Part shown: positions 49,661-62,760 of the stretch, piece by piece | Layout of the letters: the number at the start of each line of letters is the position of its first letter | How positions within the stretch are numbered: position 1 is the stretch's first letter | From: Gracilinanus agilis | Lineage: Eukaryota | Assembly: GCF_016433145.1 (NCBI RefSeq) | Contig: NC_058131.1 | Coordinates: forward strand, 238,483,007-238,547,006 | DNA length: 64,000 nt | Direction: 5' to 3' | Translations under genes and position numbers: made by a program | The notes under the pieces: generated by a model | The model's database searches: none | What the model was told of the DNA's origin: nothing | The model's input: only the letters and a program-made list of their open reading frames with translations

Positions 49661-52600
49661 AGGCTAGCACAAAACTCTCGTGCAATGGGAAAATGGGACC
49701 ACAGAATGATTTGAGAACAGCTTTATCTCCATCTCTGGCTCCTCACTGTGATTTATAAACCCTTGGACAATCTAATTAGGCTAATTCACATGCACCTGTG
49801 TGAAGGAGAAGCTGTCCTTTCTTGCCTCCATGAGAGACTCATCTGGCCCCACCCCCTCCTTTTACATCCGATCCTAGGGAGAGCTGCCACTCAGGCATCC
49901 AAAGCAGCTCAGAATTGGATAGAACTTCAGTATCAGCTCTCTTCTGACCAGGGTCCTTGCTTAGTCCTTGGAGAATGAGAGCAGTGGTAAGGGAGAATCT
50001 GAGACTTCAGAGCAAACACTCCATCATTCATGGATGACCTTCCACACCTCCCTAAGAGCCAAGAGAAGGTGCCAAACCGAGTCTACTGGCTCTGATGGAA
50101 CTTGGTTGGAGATTAGGGAGGGCCCTTTAAATTGAGAAGGCCCATCAGGCCAATCAGAGGTGACCCACCTTAAAAGGCAGCGGTAGCACATGATGGCCTT
50201 TGCCTTCTGTTGGAGCAACTGTTGCCATAGACCTTTTTTGGGATCTGAGGCATTAGCATTTCAGCTGTGGATCAAATGAGATAATATTTGTAAGGTGCTT
50301 AGCATAATGCCTGGCACATGGCACTTAATGAATCCCCCTCGGCCCCCCTGGGGTTCCCTGATGCTGCCCTGTAGCGAAAAGAGACCAAGACTTGGAAAAA
50401 GAAGATCTAGGAGCTGACTTGTATATTTATTACACTTTGAAATTTGTAGAATACTTTACATTCCTTATCTTATAAACCTGAGAGAGATATTATTATCTTC
50501 ATTTTACAGATGGAAGAAACTGAGGCTCAGAGATAGTAAAATGCCATACCCTGGGTTACACGATTACTAAGTATGAATTAGTTACACTAGATCATGACTT
50601 ACCTTCAGGCAGGGATTTTTAAATTTTTGTCTTTGTATCCCTAAGGGTCTGGTACAGTGCCTGGCTCACCATATTCATATGCTTAGGCTTTTTTAAAAAT
50701 GAATTGAATTAAATTGTCTAAGGCAGAATTGGAACCCAGGTCTTTCAGACTCCATGGCCAACACTTTACTCCATCGGGTTATTTTTTTAAAACCCTTACC
50801 TTCGGTCTTAAAATAGATACTGAGTATCAATTTCAAGGCAAAAGAGTGGTAAGGGCTAGGCAACTGGGGTTAAGTGACTTGCACAGGGTCACATAGCTAG
50901 GAAGTGTCCAAGACGAGATCATCAGGTTACATGTAAAATAGGTTTAGCCACCTATCGACTATGTGACCTTAGACAAGTCATGTAAGTCTCTGGGTTTCAG
51001 CTTTCTGAGGGTAATAGTACACTCTCTCACAGGGTTCTTTTGGAAGAAAACACTTTGTTAACCTTAAAGCACTATGTAAATGTGAATTATGACTATCTTG
51101 GCCTCTCATTTGTCTGAGTCTAAGGGTCTTCCTTCAATAATCTCTTGCCCTTGCTGTCCTGATTCCTGGTGAATACAGATTACCTCGCCTTTTCTACGTG
51201 CTTACCTTAGCCGCAGTACCCAGTCCTCTGTGACCCAGATTGGTGACCTTGAGACTGTAACTCTCAGCCAACCATGTTGACCGGCCAGGCTAGACACATA
51301 GCATGCCGTCTCTGTTATGTAGGCAAGCCGCATCCACTTCCAAAGGTCCTTGTGTCCATGATGCCTACTAGTCCTGTGACTCCTTTCTTGCTTCTCTATG
51401 ATTTCCCATGACTGACCAGCCAACTTTTGCCCTGCATGGAGGCTTCCCAGCTCTGTTTGGTGGGAAGGGAAAGGGGAGAAGGAAAGTGAGGACACAGGAT
51501 TTTCCTCCTGAGCCCCTGGCACCCCCTTTAACCATTTGTATTTGTCTTAGCATCACCATAACTTTTTAAAGAGCATTATGGCTTACATTCCCTCACTTGA
51601 TCTTTAGAGTAACTCTGAGGCAGGTACTCTTATCATCACAAAATTATAATATTATCATCCATTTTAGTTGATGAGGAGACTGAGACTCTTAGGGACTTGC
51701 CTTGACTCTCAAAATGAGTGGTGGAATTCAAACTCAGATCCTCCAGAGTTCACAAGTCCAGTGCCCCATTCACTGTGCTATCCTTCCATATATAGGATCA
51801 TAGGATTTAGAATCAAAAGAGACCTTGAAAACCATTTAGTCCAACCCCATTCCCTTGAATTTTATAGATGGAAAAAAACCAGACCCAAAGAGGTTAAATG
51901 TTTTATACATGGGCTGTAGGTTGTAAATAAGCCAGGATTTGAATCCTGACCCTCAGGCTCTGTACAGCTACTTGCCTGGTCTCTGTGAAATACAAAAGAG
52001 AGCCTTCTCTTGACACCAGGAAGCTGAAGGTTCATGGGGCTTATGAATTTTCTCATCATCAGTGGGCCGAGTCTCTGACTGGGCAGGAGGGTGGGGGGTA
52101 ATTCCAGAGCTTCGGTTAATCTATGACAGCTTCTCCTCTAGGTAATCAGTCAGCTAGTCTCTTAAGTCCGTAGGCCTTTTACTAGGTAGCCAGCAGTCTG
52201 CCTTGTTGGATCCCTAATCCAGTTTAAGTGAGCAAGCAGAGGGTAAGCATCTATTAATAGCACCCGGGCTTAGTAGTGTCAAAAATAAGAGATGAAAGAC
52301 AAGTATCTGCCCTCAAGGAGCATGTCGTCTAGAAGGGGGGATGAGGCATGTACAGAACTGATCATAATAAACTTCTGGAGGGAGGGTGGAGCTGTTCCAT
52401 TTTGCCTTGTATCCCTGGTTCCTATGACAGTGCCTGACCTGACCCAGAAGATGCTTAATAAATGCTTGTTGATTGCAATAACTTGCCCAAGATCTCACAG
52501 GTAAGATAAATAGCAGACCCGACTTGAACCCAGCTTCTTATTTCCAAATCCAAGCAAGAAGTGTGGAAAAATTTCCTCTTAGAATCCCTCATTGGCTTTC

Positions 52601-55470
52601 AAGGCTTTAAGTGCTAATTTCTATAAAGTTTTTCCTGATACCAACCCCTTCTACCTAGGTGCTAATACCTTTCCCTGTAACCAAGATTTTGGGGACATCT
52701 TGAATATCTATAGAAGTACATGTGGGTACCCCACCTCCATCCCCCTCTTAGAATATGAGCTCCTTGAGGGCAGGGTTTATTTTGTTTTTGCCTTTGTATG
52801 TCTAGCACCCAGGACAGTGCCTGCCACAGCATAGTAGTTGGCTCAATGTGGGTTCATGAGACTATAAACCGGGATACAAATGTTTAGAGAAGACCTAACA
52901 GTGGTTTGAGACATACACGAAAAGAGAGGCTGCTTCAAGGCGAAGGATCCAGATACTCCAAGAGTGGGCTTTGAGATGTCATAAGCACATAGATTTAGAG
53001 CAGGAAGGAGCCTCAGAGGCCATCTAATCCAGGCTTCTCAGTTTACAGAGGAGGACATTCAGGATCAGAAAATCCCAAGACTTATCCAAGGTAACACTGT
53101 TAGTATACAGAGCTTGCCAAATATGGCAGGGGTAGGTTAGGGAGTGGGTGGGGGTGCAGACAAGAGCAAGGTGAGACCAGGAATAACTAGTATACTCTCT
53201 TTTGGCTGGAATGTAGAGTCTGAGAAAGGGAATAATTCAACTGAGACTGGAAAGGTATCTGGAGACATCATGGAAGACTTTGGATGCCAGACTGTATTTT
53301 ATTTGGTAAGTTGTGGGGAACCACTGGAAGTTTTTGAAAAGAGAAGAAACATAATTAGAATGTGGTATCTACTTTCCTTTAAAGGCTGAATTAAAGAGGG
53401 GTGAGACTGGAGGCAGAGAGAACAGTTAGGAGGCCATTACAGGGATCCAGGCAGGAGGTAACAGGGGCCTGAGCAGGGAGCACTGGGAGTAGAAAGGATA
53501 TTGCTGGGCTCATAGATTTAGATCTTAAGGGGACCTTAGAAGTCATATAGTTCCAACTTCTCATTTTAAAAGGAAGGAAGCTGAGTTGAGAAAAGTTACT
53601 TGCCCAAGGTCACACAGATGGAAGAGCTTGGGTTTGAACCTGGAAGAGACCTCACAGGCCATCGAGTCATCCTGTAGTTTTATAGATAAGGAACCTAAAG
53701 CCCAGAGAAATTGAATATCTTGTCTAGGGGGCAACCAGCTAGTTAAGTTTCTGAGATAGGATTAAAACTCAGGTCTTCTTGCCTCTAATTCTAGCCAGAA
53801 AGGTCCCCTGACTGCAGATCTTTCTACTTTGCCAGTGTTTTATTTTTGTTCCTCTATCATTATGTTGTCTGAATCTGCCAGTGAGAGAATGGATTTCGAG
53901 GGAGTATATCACGAGGAAGAGGACAAAATGGATATAGAAGTCCAGTGACTTGCCATGGCTCCCAAAAGTGTCAGAGGTGGAATTCAAACCCAGATCCTCC
54001 AGAGTCCACAAGTCCAGAGCTTCATTCACTGGGTTATACTGCCATATATAGGATCATAGGATTTAGATGTCTGTATTGGGGAAGAGAATAGAAGAACGAG
54101 AGCAGGTAATGTTGTGATCCCAGTGGGGAACTCCTTGCCTGCTCAGGGGAAAAGGGCAGGCTATGTTTGATTATCTTAGTCCTCTCTCTCACCCCCGAGG
54201 CTGATGGACCATGAGTCCATCTTCCATCTGACAGAAAGAGGTGGCTTAGGCTTTAAATTGAGCCCTGGGAGATTTGTTCCTTGTTGAGCTTGCTATGATT
54301 TAATAGCAAATTTATTTTCTCTGGCACTTTGAGATTTATTGTGTTTCCCTTGAAAAAACCTTGAAGTTTTGAAAAAACCTTTTCTAAGTTTCTGGAAACC
54401 TTGAAAAAACCCAGCACCTATTTAGTAAGCACCTACTGTGAGTCAGGCACTCTTCTAGGTGTGAGGGGTACCAAACGCACAGAATGATAACATCATCCCT
54501 ATTCTCAGGGAGGTTATATCCTAGTTGAGGATATGGGTATGTGCGTGTGCGTATGTGTTTGTGTAGAATAAATACAAAATAAATCATAAGCAGGGTAAAT
54601 ATGGTGATGTTTATTTTGTAGATGGGGAAACTGAGGGTTAGGGAGGTTGAAGGGACTTGTTCATGTTCACACAGGAGATGGTGCATTGCCAGCAGCCTCG
54701 TTGGCCCATTGCCATCGATAGGACTGTTTAAGTACACTGTTGTCATGTGCGTTTGTGGCCTTAGGTGGATGGAACCCAAGTTTATTTAAAGCTCCAGCCA
54801 CTGGCACCAAGTCAAGCCCTCCTTGAGTGCTCTCGGTCTTGAAGAGAAGAGCCAGTGACTGCAGGGCTCTCCGTCCTTCCCAACAGGAGACTTGCCCTCG
54901 TTGCCTTACTAGCCCTGGATACTATTTCTATTTTTGTCATGGAATCAATGGCTATATTTTAAAGCAATCTCCCAGCCCTGGTGGCCCCACATCAGCCTGT
55001 AACTAGGCCTGCCAAAAGGTGACAGCTTCTTTATGCTGGAGGTGGGGGGAGAGGGTGACGGCAGATCTTCCCTGGGGTTTGTTCTCCTCTGTCCAACTGT
55101 GAAGCAGCTGCTGGGGTGGGGATGGGGTGGGGGTGGGAGCTGCCTCTTAGAAGGATTCTCTTTCACCTTTAACCAGCCTTCCATGCTGCCTCTCTTACTG
55201 CCTGGAACTGCGAGGGGCTCCAATAGTTCCCAGTGAGGGCCAGAGAGAGAGATATCTCTCTCAGAGATAATGCAGTAGGATCCCAAAGGTACCACGGCAC
55301 ATTGGAAAGAGGGCAGGATTTGGAGGCAGAGAACATGGATTCCAGTCTCAGCTCTGTTCTGTTTTGCCTTTGTGACCCTGCAGAAGTTGCTTCATTGTCC
55401 CAGGCCTCAGTTTTCTCATTCTTTCTCATTCTCAGTTTTCTCTCTGTAAAACAAAGGGGTTGGACTAGAT

Positions 55471-55663
55471 CAGTGGTTCCCAAACTTTTTTGGCCTATAG
55501 TCCCCTTTCCAGAAAAAATATTACTTATCCCCTTGGAAATTAAATTTAAAAAAATTTTTATAACAATTAATAGGAAAGATAAATGCACCTTTGGCCATCA
55601 CTGCTCCCCTGGATCGCTGCAGCACCCATCAGGGGGCGGTGGCGCCCACTTTGGGAATCACTG
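55471..55663. mobile_element. Second copy (193 bp) of the same hAT MITE, inserted in a MIR-type tail
   Basis: Same TIRs and internal sequence as 19233-19426. TSD GACTAGAT / TACTAGAT, 7 of 8 identical. Confidence 0.92.
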
Positions 55664-57000
55664 TACTAGATGGTCTCTGAGGTCCTTTCCATATCTGGCT
55701 TGAGACCTATGGTCCTCTGCTCCGAAGTTGCAAAGGGGCCAATTTAGGGTAATGCTTCTTAATAGTTAGAGCTCTCCCAAAGTGGTTCAACCTGTCTCAC
55801 GAGGCTGTAGACTCTCCTCATGGAGTTCTCCAAACAGAGGCAGAGTTTTTTGAGTTTCTACTGGGTGTCACATGAAGTGTTAGCAACTTCTATTGGTGGT
55901 GGCACTACATGCATGGTGGGATTCCTTGTGACAATGAATAATGCTGTAGTGAGCTACAAAGGTCGAAGGCCACTAAACTCAGGGGTGCTGTGACATAGTG
56001 GGTAAAGGATTGGAAAGTCTGGGTTCAAATCTCACCTCTGACACAGTCCTACCGCTGACCATATTTATATATGACATATATTCAAATACCTCCATGACCA
56101 TGGGAAGGCCATTTAACTTCCTTGGGACTCACTTTCCCCATCAGTGGAATGGGGATTATATAACATTTTTTGGTATCTACTTCACAGGGCTGTTGAGAGT
56201 CCCACGTGAGATATCGTACAGTGCTTTGCAAACATAAAGTGTTATAATAAATGTCAACCATTATCACAAAACCATTCAAGATCTTGCTAGGGATTCCTTG
56301 TAATCATTTAGATAGAAATGAATTTTTGAATTAATATTAGACTGTGAGCTCCTCAAGGACAGGGTCTTTTGTCTTTCGTTGTATCCCCAGAGCTTGGCAC
56401 AGTGCTTAGCACACAGTAGGCACTTAATATAATTCTTATTGACTGATTATTGACCGAGACACCTTGAGAACCAGGTAGTTCTGGAGGAGAGAAGTGGAAC
56501 CAGGTCAAGGAAAAATCCATTTGTTGCCTTTGTGGTGATGGTCACCAGGTTATGGCCAGGTCTCAACTGCTGCCCTGTCCTCTGGGACCAACTCTGTACC
56601 TCTAGTCTGGTACTGAGCCATGGGAGAACTACAGAGTCTTGTACTTCAGGACTTGAGTACATCAGGAATCTTTTTGGTGTGGATAACCCTTCAAGTGCTG
56701 CAGATTGCAGTGCTTTGAAAATCTGTGATTTTCTGAATTTCTGAAGCTTCCCCTCAGCACTCTGGATGCTTTTCTCAGATTTAGTCATATTTTGTGAATC
56801 TTCCTATAGCCCTTTGGGCTCCCTATCCATCTGTTTTTCCCCTGGTCTTGCTTCATGGCCAGCCCACCTCCTATTCTGGTCCCAGGTCACCTTGAGGATA
56901 TGTTGCTCATGTTAGTTACTTGTGGTGGTCCATTTTGACTTTGGTGAAATTTTCTGAGATCATGGTGTTCTATGATTCCTAGCTATTTATTCATATAGTA

Positions 57001-57445
57001 CAGTGATGGCAAACCTATGGCACAGGTGCCAAAGATGGCATGAAGAGCACTCTCTGTGGGCATGTGGCTGCCCCCCCCCCCCGAGTTCATTACTAGAAAG
57101 GCAGAGAGACCTGGGTGGAACTGTTCCTTTCCTCTTCTCCACTGTGCCTGAGGATATTTTTCATATCCCTGATCCCTCTGCCCAGCAGCCAATGGAAGTG
57201 CACAGAGGGTAAGGTGGGTGGCTCATAGTCGGCAGAGCTGGAGGGGAGCAGAGCACTCAGGCCACTCCCCTCCCCCTCCCTACACTCACTGAGGCCATTC
57301 TTCACTTCACCAGCTCCTCTGCAGCCTAATGGGAGAGCTTCCTCCCTCCCTTGTATGGGGTAAGGGGGGAGTGGAGTATGCCTGGCACTTACTTGGTGGA
57401 GGATTGGGGCATGACACATGGTCTCTAAAAGGTTCACCATCACAG
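57001..57445. mobile_element. 445-bp hAT MITE with OposCharlie1-like TIRs
   Basis: TIRs CAGTGATGGCAAACCT and (reverse complement) CTGTGATGGTGAACCT, with a perfect 8-bp TSD ATATAGTA (56993-57000 and 57446-57453). The family name is from recall. Confidence 0.88.
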
Positions 57446-59568
57446 ATATAGTATGTAGCTACAGAACCTCATCTTTAGTAGGGATCTTAGAGGACATCTT
57501 GTTCAACTAGTAGCAGAACAATAAACCATTGAAGGAATATTAATGTTAAAAGGTAGGTTTTTGTGGCAGCAAATAGCTTGGGATCAATATAATGATCAAA
57601 TTTTATTTGAAAGCACTATGAAATTTATTAACCACAAACTAGCCTGTACTCTTCCTGTTTGATTCTGAGACTAATTTATTATCTCTCTATGTGTACATCC
57701 AAGTATATGCACTAGGTTATGTATACAACTATATTCCAGAGTCTGAGCAATATGTTATTTTCATCCACTTTGTTTTTCTCTTGTGGATGTTTATAACAAT
57801 TTCTTTGAATGATCATATTTATTATCTTTGTCCAATAACAATAGTTTTAGAGGTTTCAAAATGTGAACTGTTAAAATTCAAATTGAATCATATTTCTCCC
57901 ATCCAAAGTTGGGTATCCTTCTTTGTTTTTCATTGGCTTTTGAGCTGAGATACTACTGAACCATTTAGTTATATAAAACCTGGCATTTAGTATATAAAAC
58001 ATTGGAATGATTGGGTCAGGCCCTCATTCTTCATTCGTTCTTGGTTGCCTTAGGGCAAATAAGATCTGCACAATTTGTCTAAAGTTTGGAAGCCATGAGA
58101 TTAAAAGGTAGATTTTTTTTTCTTTGTGGAAAAATAGAAAATGGAAAATGCAGTATTTTTTAAAAGCACTCATTTCAGAACCGAAGCCATTTTGTTAATT
58201 TAGGAGCACAGACAAATTTTGCTAAAACACTCATCTTCATTAAATTTAATGTAGAAGCCATTCTAGTTGCGCATTATTTAGATATCATCTGTGGGAAGTA
58301 AAAATTGGGCAACTGCACAGTGTGCTACTCAGAGAGGGGCTTAATAAATGTTTGTCAAATGAATAAATGAATTTGATTTGTGCCTTATAAAATTATTCTA
58401 TTTGGCATATTAAACTTAAAAGTATGTTTTATTCAAACTCTTGCAAGTTTGCTAATTGAATTTACTTTGAAATGTTTAAAAATTTTGTTCAAAATGAAAG
58501 TAAGAACTGATTTGCTTTGAGTGCTCTAACTTCCCTTAGTTTTTCTCATTTAAAGAACAAAAGCAACCATCAGTCTCACAGGAGAACAAATATGTGGTTA
58601 GGTTTTCCAGTCCCAGTGGCTTCTGAAGTGTCAAACATGTATAGAAAATACTAATTTTCTGAGTAAGCTTTCAGGGACAAGGTAGAGTGGTAGTGGTATT
58701 ATTACTTCCAAAGTTACTAAATTCAATTTTTTTTAACTAGATAGAACTTTGTCTGTTCAGTCGTACTTTTTGAGTTGTCACTCTTAGCAGTTTCTGCTTC
58801 TTCTGCTTAAGTTTTGATAATCTTCTATTCAGTAAGTCTTTATTAGGAATGTGTCAGGTGTAGTGGTTGGCAATGGGGCTATAAGAATAAAAATAAACAG
58901 ACCTTGTATTCAAGGAACTTAAATTTTACTAGAGTGATATTGGTAAGGAGGAGAAACCATGCATATAGGAAAGTCAAAACAAATATTCAGTCATTTTGGA
59001 ATGGGAGAAAGCATGAACACCTCGGGGTTGGGTCAGGGTAGCCCTTACAGTGGCTGGGGGGAAAAGCTGACCCCCAAGTTATTTAATATGATTTTTTTTC
59101 CATATAAATCTTTATCTTTTCAGTCTATTTTTTGAGCTGTCATTATCAGCATTTTCTGCTGCCAATTCTACTTCGTATTTATCTTTTTTCCACACCTTTC
59201 TAAAAACCTGAAGCTTTGTCTGATTTGAGACAAGCTTTTCTACCTGTTTATATTAGGTTTTTTTTTTAACAGATGTATTACTAGACACAGCAGGTCTTTT
59301 TGCTTTTGTTTTTTACATGTTGCAGAAGACAGATGTTGAAACAGATAGGATTTGAGGGGCTTCCAATAAAGTTCGACTGTGTCATGCAAAGATCTTGCCA
59401 CCGTGATTATTATGGGCAATAATAATCAAAGTGACATTTATATTCTGCTTTAAAGGTTATTAAGCACCTTATATTTTCCTGTTTAGTAAATAGTACAGGT
59501 ATTATCATCCCCATTTCCCATGAGGGATTTGAGGCACAGAGAGTTAAATAACTTAAGAGGTTAAGCTG

Positions 59569-59770
59569 AGGCAACTAGGTGGCTCAGTGGATGGAGAGCC
59601 AGAGGCCTGAAGATGGGAGGTCCTGGGTTTAAATCTGGCTTCAGCTACTTCCTAGATGGATGGCCCTAGGCAAATCCTTTAACCTCAGTTACTAAGCCCT
59701 TATTTCTCATCTGTCTTGGAACTGATATTTAGTATTGATTCTAAGACAGAAGGGAAGGATTTAAAAGAAA
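59569..59770 (+). mobile_element. SINE1_Mdo-like SINE
   Basis: Family match. Confidence 0.82.
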
Positions 59771-59819
59771 GAATTCCACACTGCTAGTAAACATTAAACA
59801 TTAAAGGTAAGATTCGAAG

Positions 59820-60060
59820 CCAGGTAACTCAATGGATAGAGTTCTGGGTCTGGAATCAGAGAGACCTGAGTTGAAATACAGCCTCAGATGCTTACTTGCT
59901 ATGTGACCTTGGGAAAGTCACTTAACCTCTGTTTGCCTTAATCTACTGGAGAAAGAAATGGTAAACCACTCTAGTATCTTTGCCAAGAAAATCCCACAGA
60001 CAGTATGGTCCAGGGAGTCCTAAAGAGTCAGACATGACTGAACAACCGAACAACAACAAT
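59820..60060 (+). mobile_element. MAR1-like CORE-SINE
   Basis: Family match ending GACTGAACAACCGAACAACAACAA. Confidence 0.85.
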
Positions 60061-60422
60061 CTCCTAGTGCTACGTCTAGCTCTCTATCTGCTATATCCTT
60101 TTGATTCTCTGAATTATAGGATGGATATGCTTGGAAAAATATCAGCCCAAATTTTAGGATTGAAAGATTTAATCTCTCTGGGCCTCAGTTTCCTCATCTG
60201 TAAAAGAATAGGGTTGGACTCTAGGATTCCTCTCTAAGGTCCCTTCTGGCTCTCAATCTATGATAACCCAGGTTCCTAAAATGTGTTACATGTCTTGCAT
60301 CTTCTTGGGTGTTCCCTCTGGGCAATAAGTCCTCAGTGGACTGTTTGTCCTCTAGTACAGTCTAATTCAATAATGGTGTTCTCATCACATCTCTGCCTTG
60401 GCTCTTAAATCCAAGAGATTTG

Positions 60423-60449
60423 CAGCAGCAGCAGCAGCAGCAGCAGCAG
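60423..60449. repeat. (CAG)9 trinucleotide repeat
   Basis: Nine perfect CAG units. Confidence 0.98.
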
Positions 60450-61689
60450 ACCCTGGTTGACAGCACCATCCTGCCCATTTCTTAATAAAGTCTTTCACTT
60501 TACTTCTATTCTTGTAAGTAGAGATATACTTAGATTCTCAGAAAACAGTTGATTTTATCTGGGCCATTTGGTAAGGAGTGTCTGACAAGAGTGCACCGTC
60601 TAATTTAGATGCAGTGACTGCTGGAGAAATGGGCTTTAGAATCTTCAGGGAGTTCTGTAGTTGAACCCAGAAGACATCCTCATTAGGCACAGTGTTCCTT
60701 ACCCTGCTGGGTCCTTGAAGGTTCTCAGCCCTATCCTCGTTTGTCAGTCAAACCCAGTCGAGAAAGTTGGGTGGTCACTCTTATCTGGGCACAGATCTGT
60801 TTTATTTGGCTGTATTCTGCCCAAGGAACCCCTTCCCAGAAGGACTGTTGGGAAAGCAGGTTGGGATGCGTTTTGTGGCTACCGACAGTGGTGCTCTGGA
60901 GTAATCTTGAAAATATCTATCTCTATAGCCATATCATATTTATAGCTAAAATAGTCACAGACATAGATCTTAAATTTATGCCCTTTGTGTTTACGTTACA
61001 TGCTTTCCAAAAATATCTCCCCCCTCCTACAAGTAAGCCTTCCTTTGTACAAAAGTTACAAAAGAAAAACACAAATCAGTTCAGCAAAACCAACCAAGAC
61101 ATCGTTTTCCCTGAATGTATCCAGTATTTTACTGGATCTGTAGCCTCCCACCTCTGCAATGATGGGCAGAAGGTCGGTATGTTTTCTTTACTCCTGCCCT
61201 CCTTGCAAGAGCTTTGTCAGGTTTCTCCTTTCCTCTGCTGCTATTCAGAGATCATCTTTGCTCCACATGAAGCTGAGGGAAGGTGGGGATTGGGGGAGGT
61301 CATAGGACTATAAATTCACAGCTAGAAAGGACCTTGGATATCATTTAGTCTTATTCTCCAGTTTTACAGATGAGAACATGGAGCCCCAGTGAAATTAAGG
61401 GACTTCTAGGATTATAGAGTCACAGCGTTCTAAATTTAGAGCTGTGAGGGACCATAGAGGTTTTAGAATTATGGATGTAGAGATAGAAGATACCTGAGAG
61501 GCCATTTGGTCCAACCCCTTCATTTTACAGATGAGAAAACTGAGGCATAGAGGCATTTTGGGATTTGCCCACAATCACAAGCTAAGAAGTGTCTGAGGTG
61601 TGATGCAAACCCAAGTCTTCTGGACTCTAGGCTCAGTGTTTGTGTTCTGTTGCCTCTTTAAAAAAAAAACAAACCAAAAACAATTCAAA

Positions 61690-61887
61690 AACAACAAACC
61701 CTCACTTTCTGTCTTAGAATCGATACTGTGTATTGGTTCCAAGGTAGAAGAACAGTAAAAGATAGGCAGTGGGAATTAAGTGACTTGTCCAATGTCATAT
61801 AGCTAGGAAGTTTCTTGAGGCCACATTTGAACCCAGGATCTCCTGTCTCTAGACCTGGTTCTCAATCTACTGAGTCATCTAGCTGCC
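61690..61887 (-). mobile_element. SINE1_Mdo-like SINE
   Basis: Reverse-complement family match. Confidence 0.85.
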
Positions 61888-62506
61888 CTCTCTGTAATGC
61901 CTCTTATTTTCTAGTCGGTAGCAAAGCAAGGATTGGATTAGTGGTTATCAGAGTTCAAATCCACTCCTTTCCTCTGTACCGTATATTGGTATGGATGCCT
62001 TGGGATGTATTCCTCCTTGCGTACCAAAGTTATTATATAAATAGCTTTTGTATTTCACAATTTCTTTTGTCTCTTTATAGATATTTTGGGGTGTTCAACT
62101 TCATGTCATTGAGAAGCAAACTGAGGTTATGGAGTGAGCATTCATGTCAGATCTTCCTGCAGTATTAGGGACAATAAAAGAAATAATAAGAGTTGGCATT
62201 CAGTGCTTTGAAGACTCGCAGTGCTTAATGTACACAAGTTTATTTGATCATTGCAACAACTCTATAAAATAGGTGCTATATTTAGCCCCATCTAATACAT
62301 GAGGAAGTTGAGGCTTAGAAAGCATTGGGCCAGAAAGTGTCTAAGGTAGATTTGGAGTTCAGGCTTTTCTGACTTAGTCACAGCCAATTAGCATTACCTG
62401 GTTAAAGTTGGGTTTTTGTGTGGCAAAAAGCAGTTTGAATTGTGAAAGGAAGGAGCTGCATAATTTCCAAAATACAATCTAGCTTGTCTGTCTTCGAGCT
62501 GATTTT

Positions 62507-62760
62507 GGCAGCTAGGTGGTGTGGTGGATAGAATGGCTGGCCTGGAATCAGGAAGAACTAAGTTCAAATCTGATTTCAGACACTTATTAGCTATATAATC
62601 CTGGGCAAGTCACTTAACCTGTTTCCCTCAGTTTCTTCAACTATAAAATGGGGATAATGATAGGACCTATCTCACTGGGTTGTGCAGAAGATCAAATGAG
62701 ATAATACTTGTATTTAGTATAGTGCCTGGCTTGTTGTAGACACTTAATAATGCTTATTTC
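62507..62760 (+). mobile_element. MIR-like CORE-SINE (one of many, e.g. 11570-11760 and 34960-35165)
   Basis: CORE plus the L2-type tail AAAATGGGGATAAT...GATCAAATGAGATAAT...TTAATAATGC. Confidence 0.8.

Noticed and set aside
15880-49758. Long ORFs in the track such as 15880-16911, 26053-26418, 36386-37184, 42574-42966 and 49429-49758
   Set aside because: Their length comes from N gaps translated as X and from microsatellite sequence.
60441-60470. REST/NRSE-like GACAGCACC half-site
   Set aside because: The left half and spacing do not fit the TTCAGCACC-nn-GGACAG consensus.
12941-62760. tRNA-like A/B boxes and regularly recurring repeats suggesting tRNA genes or a CRISPR-like array
   Set aside because: These are SINE heads and cores: dispersed, diverged, in both orientations and without constant spacer length.
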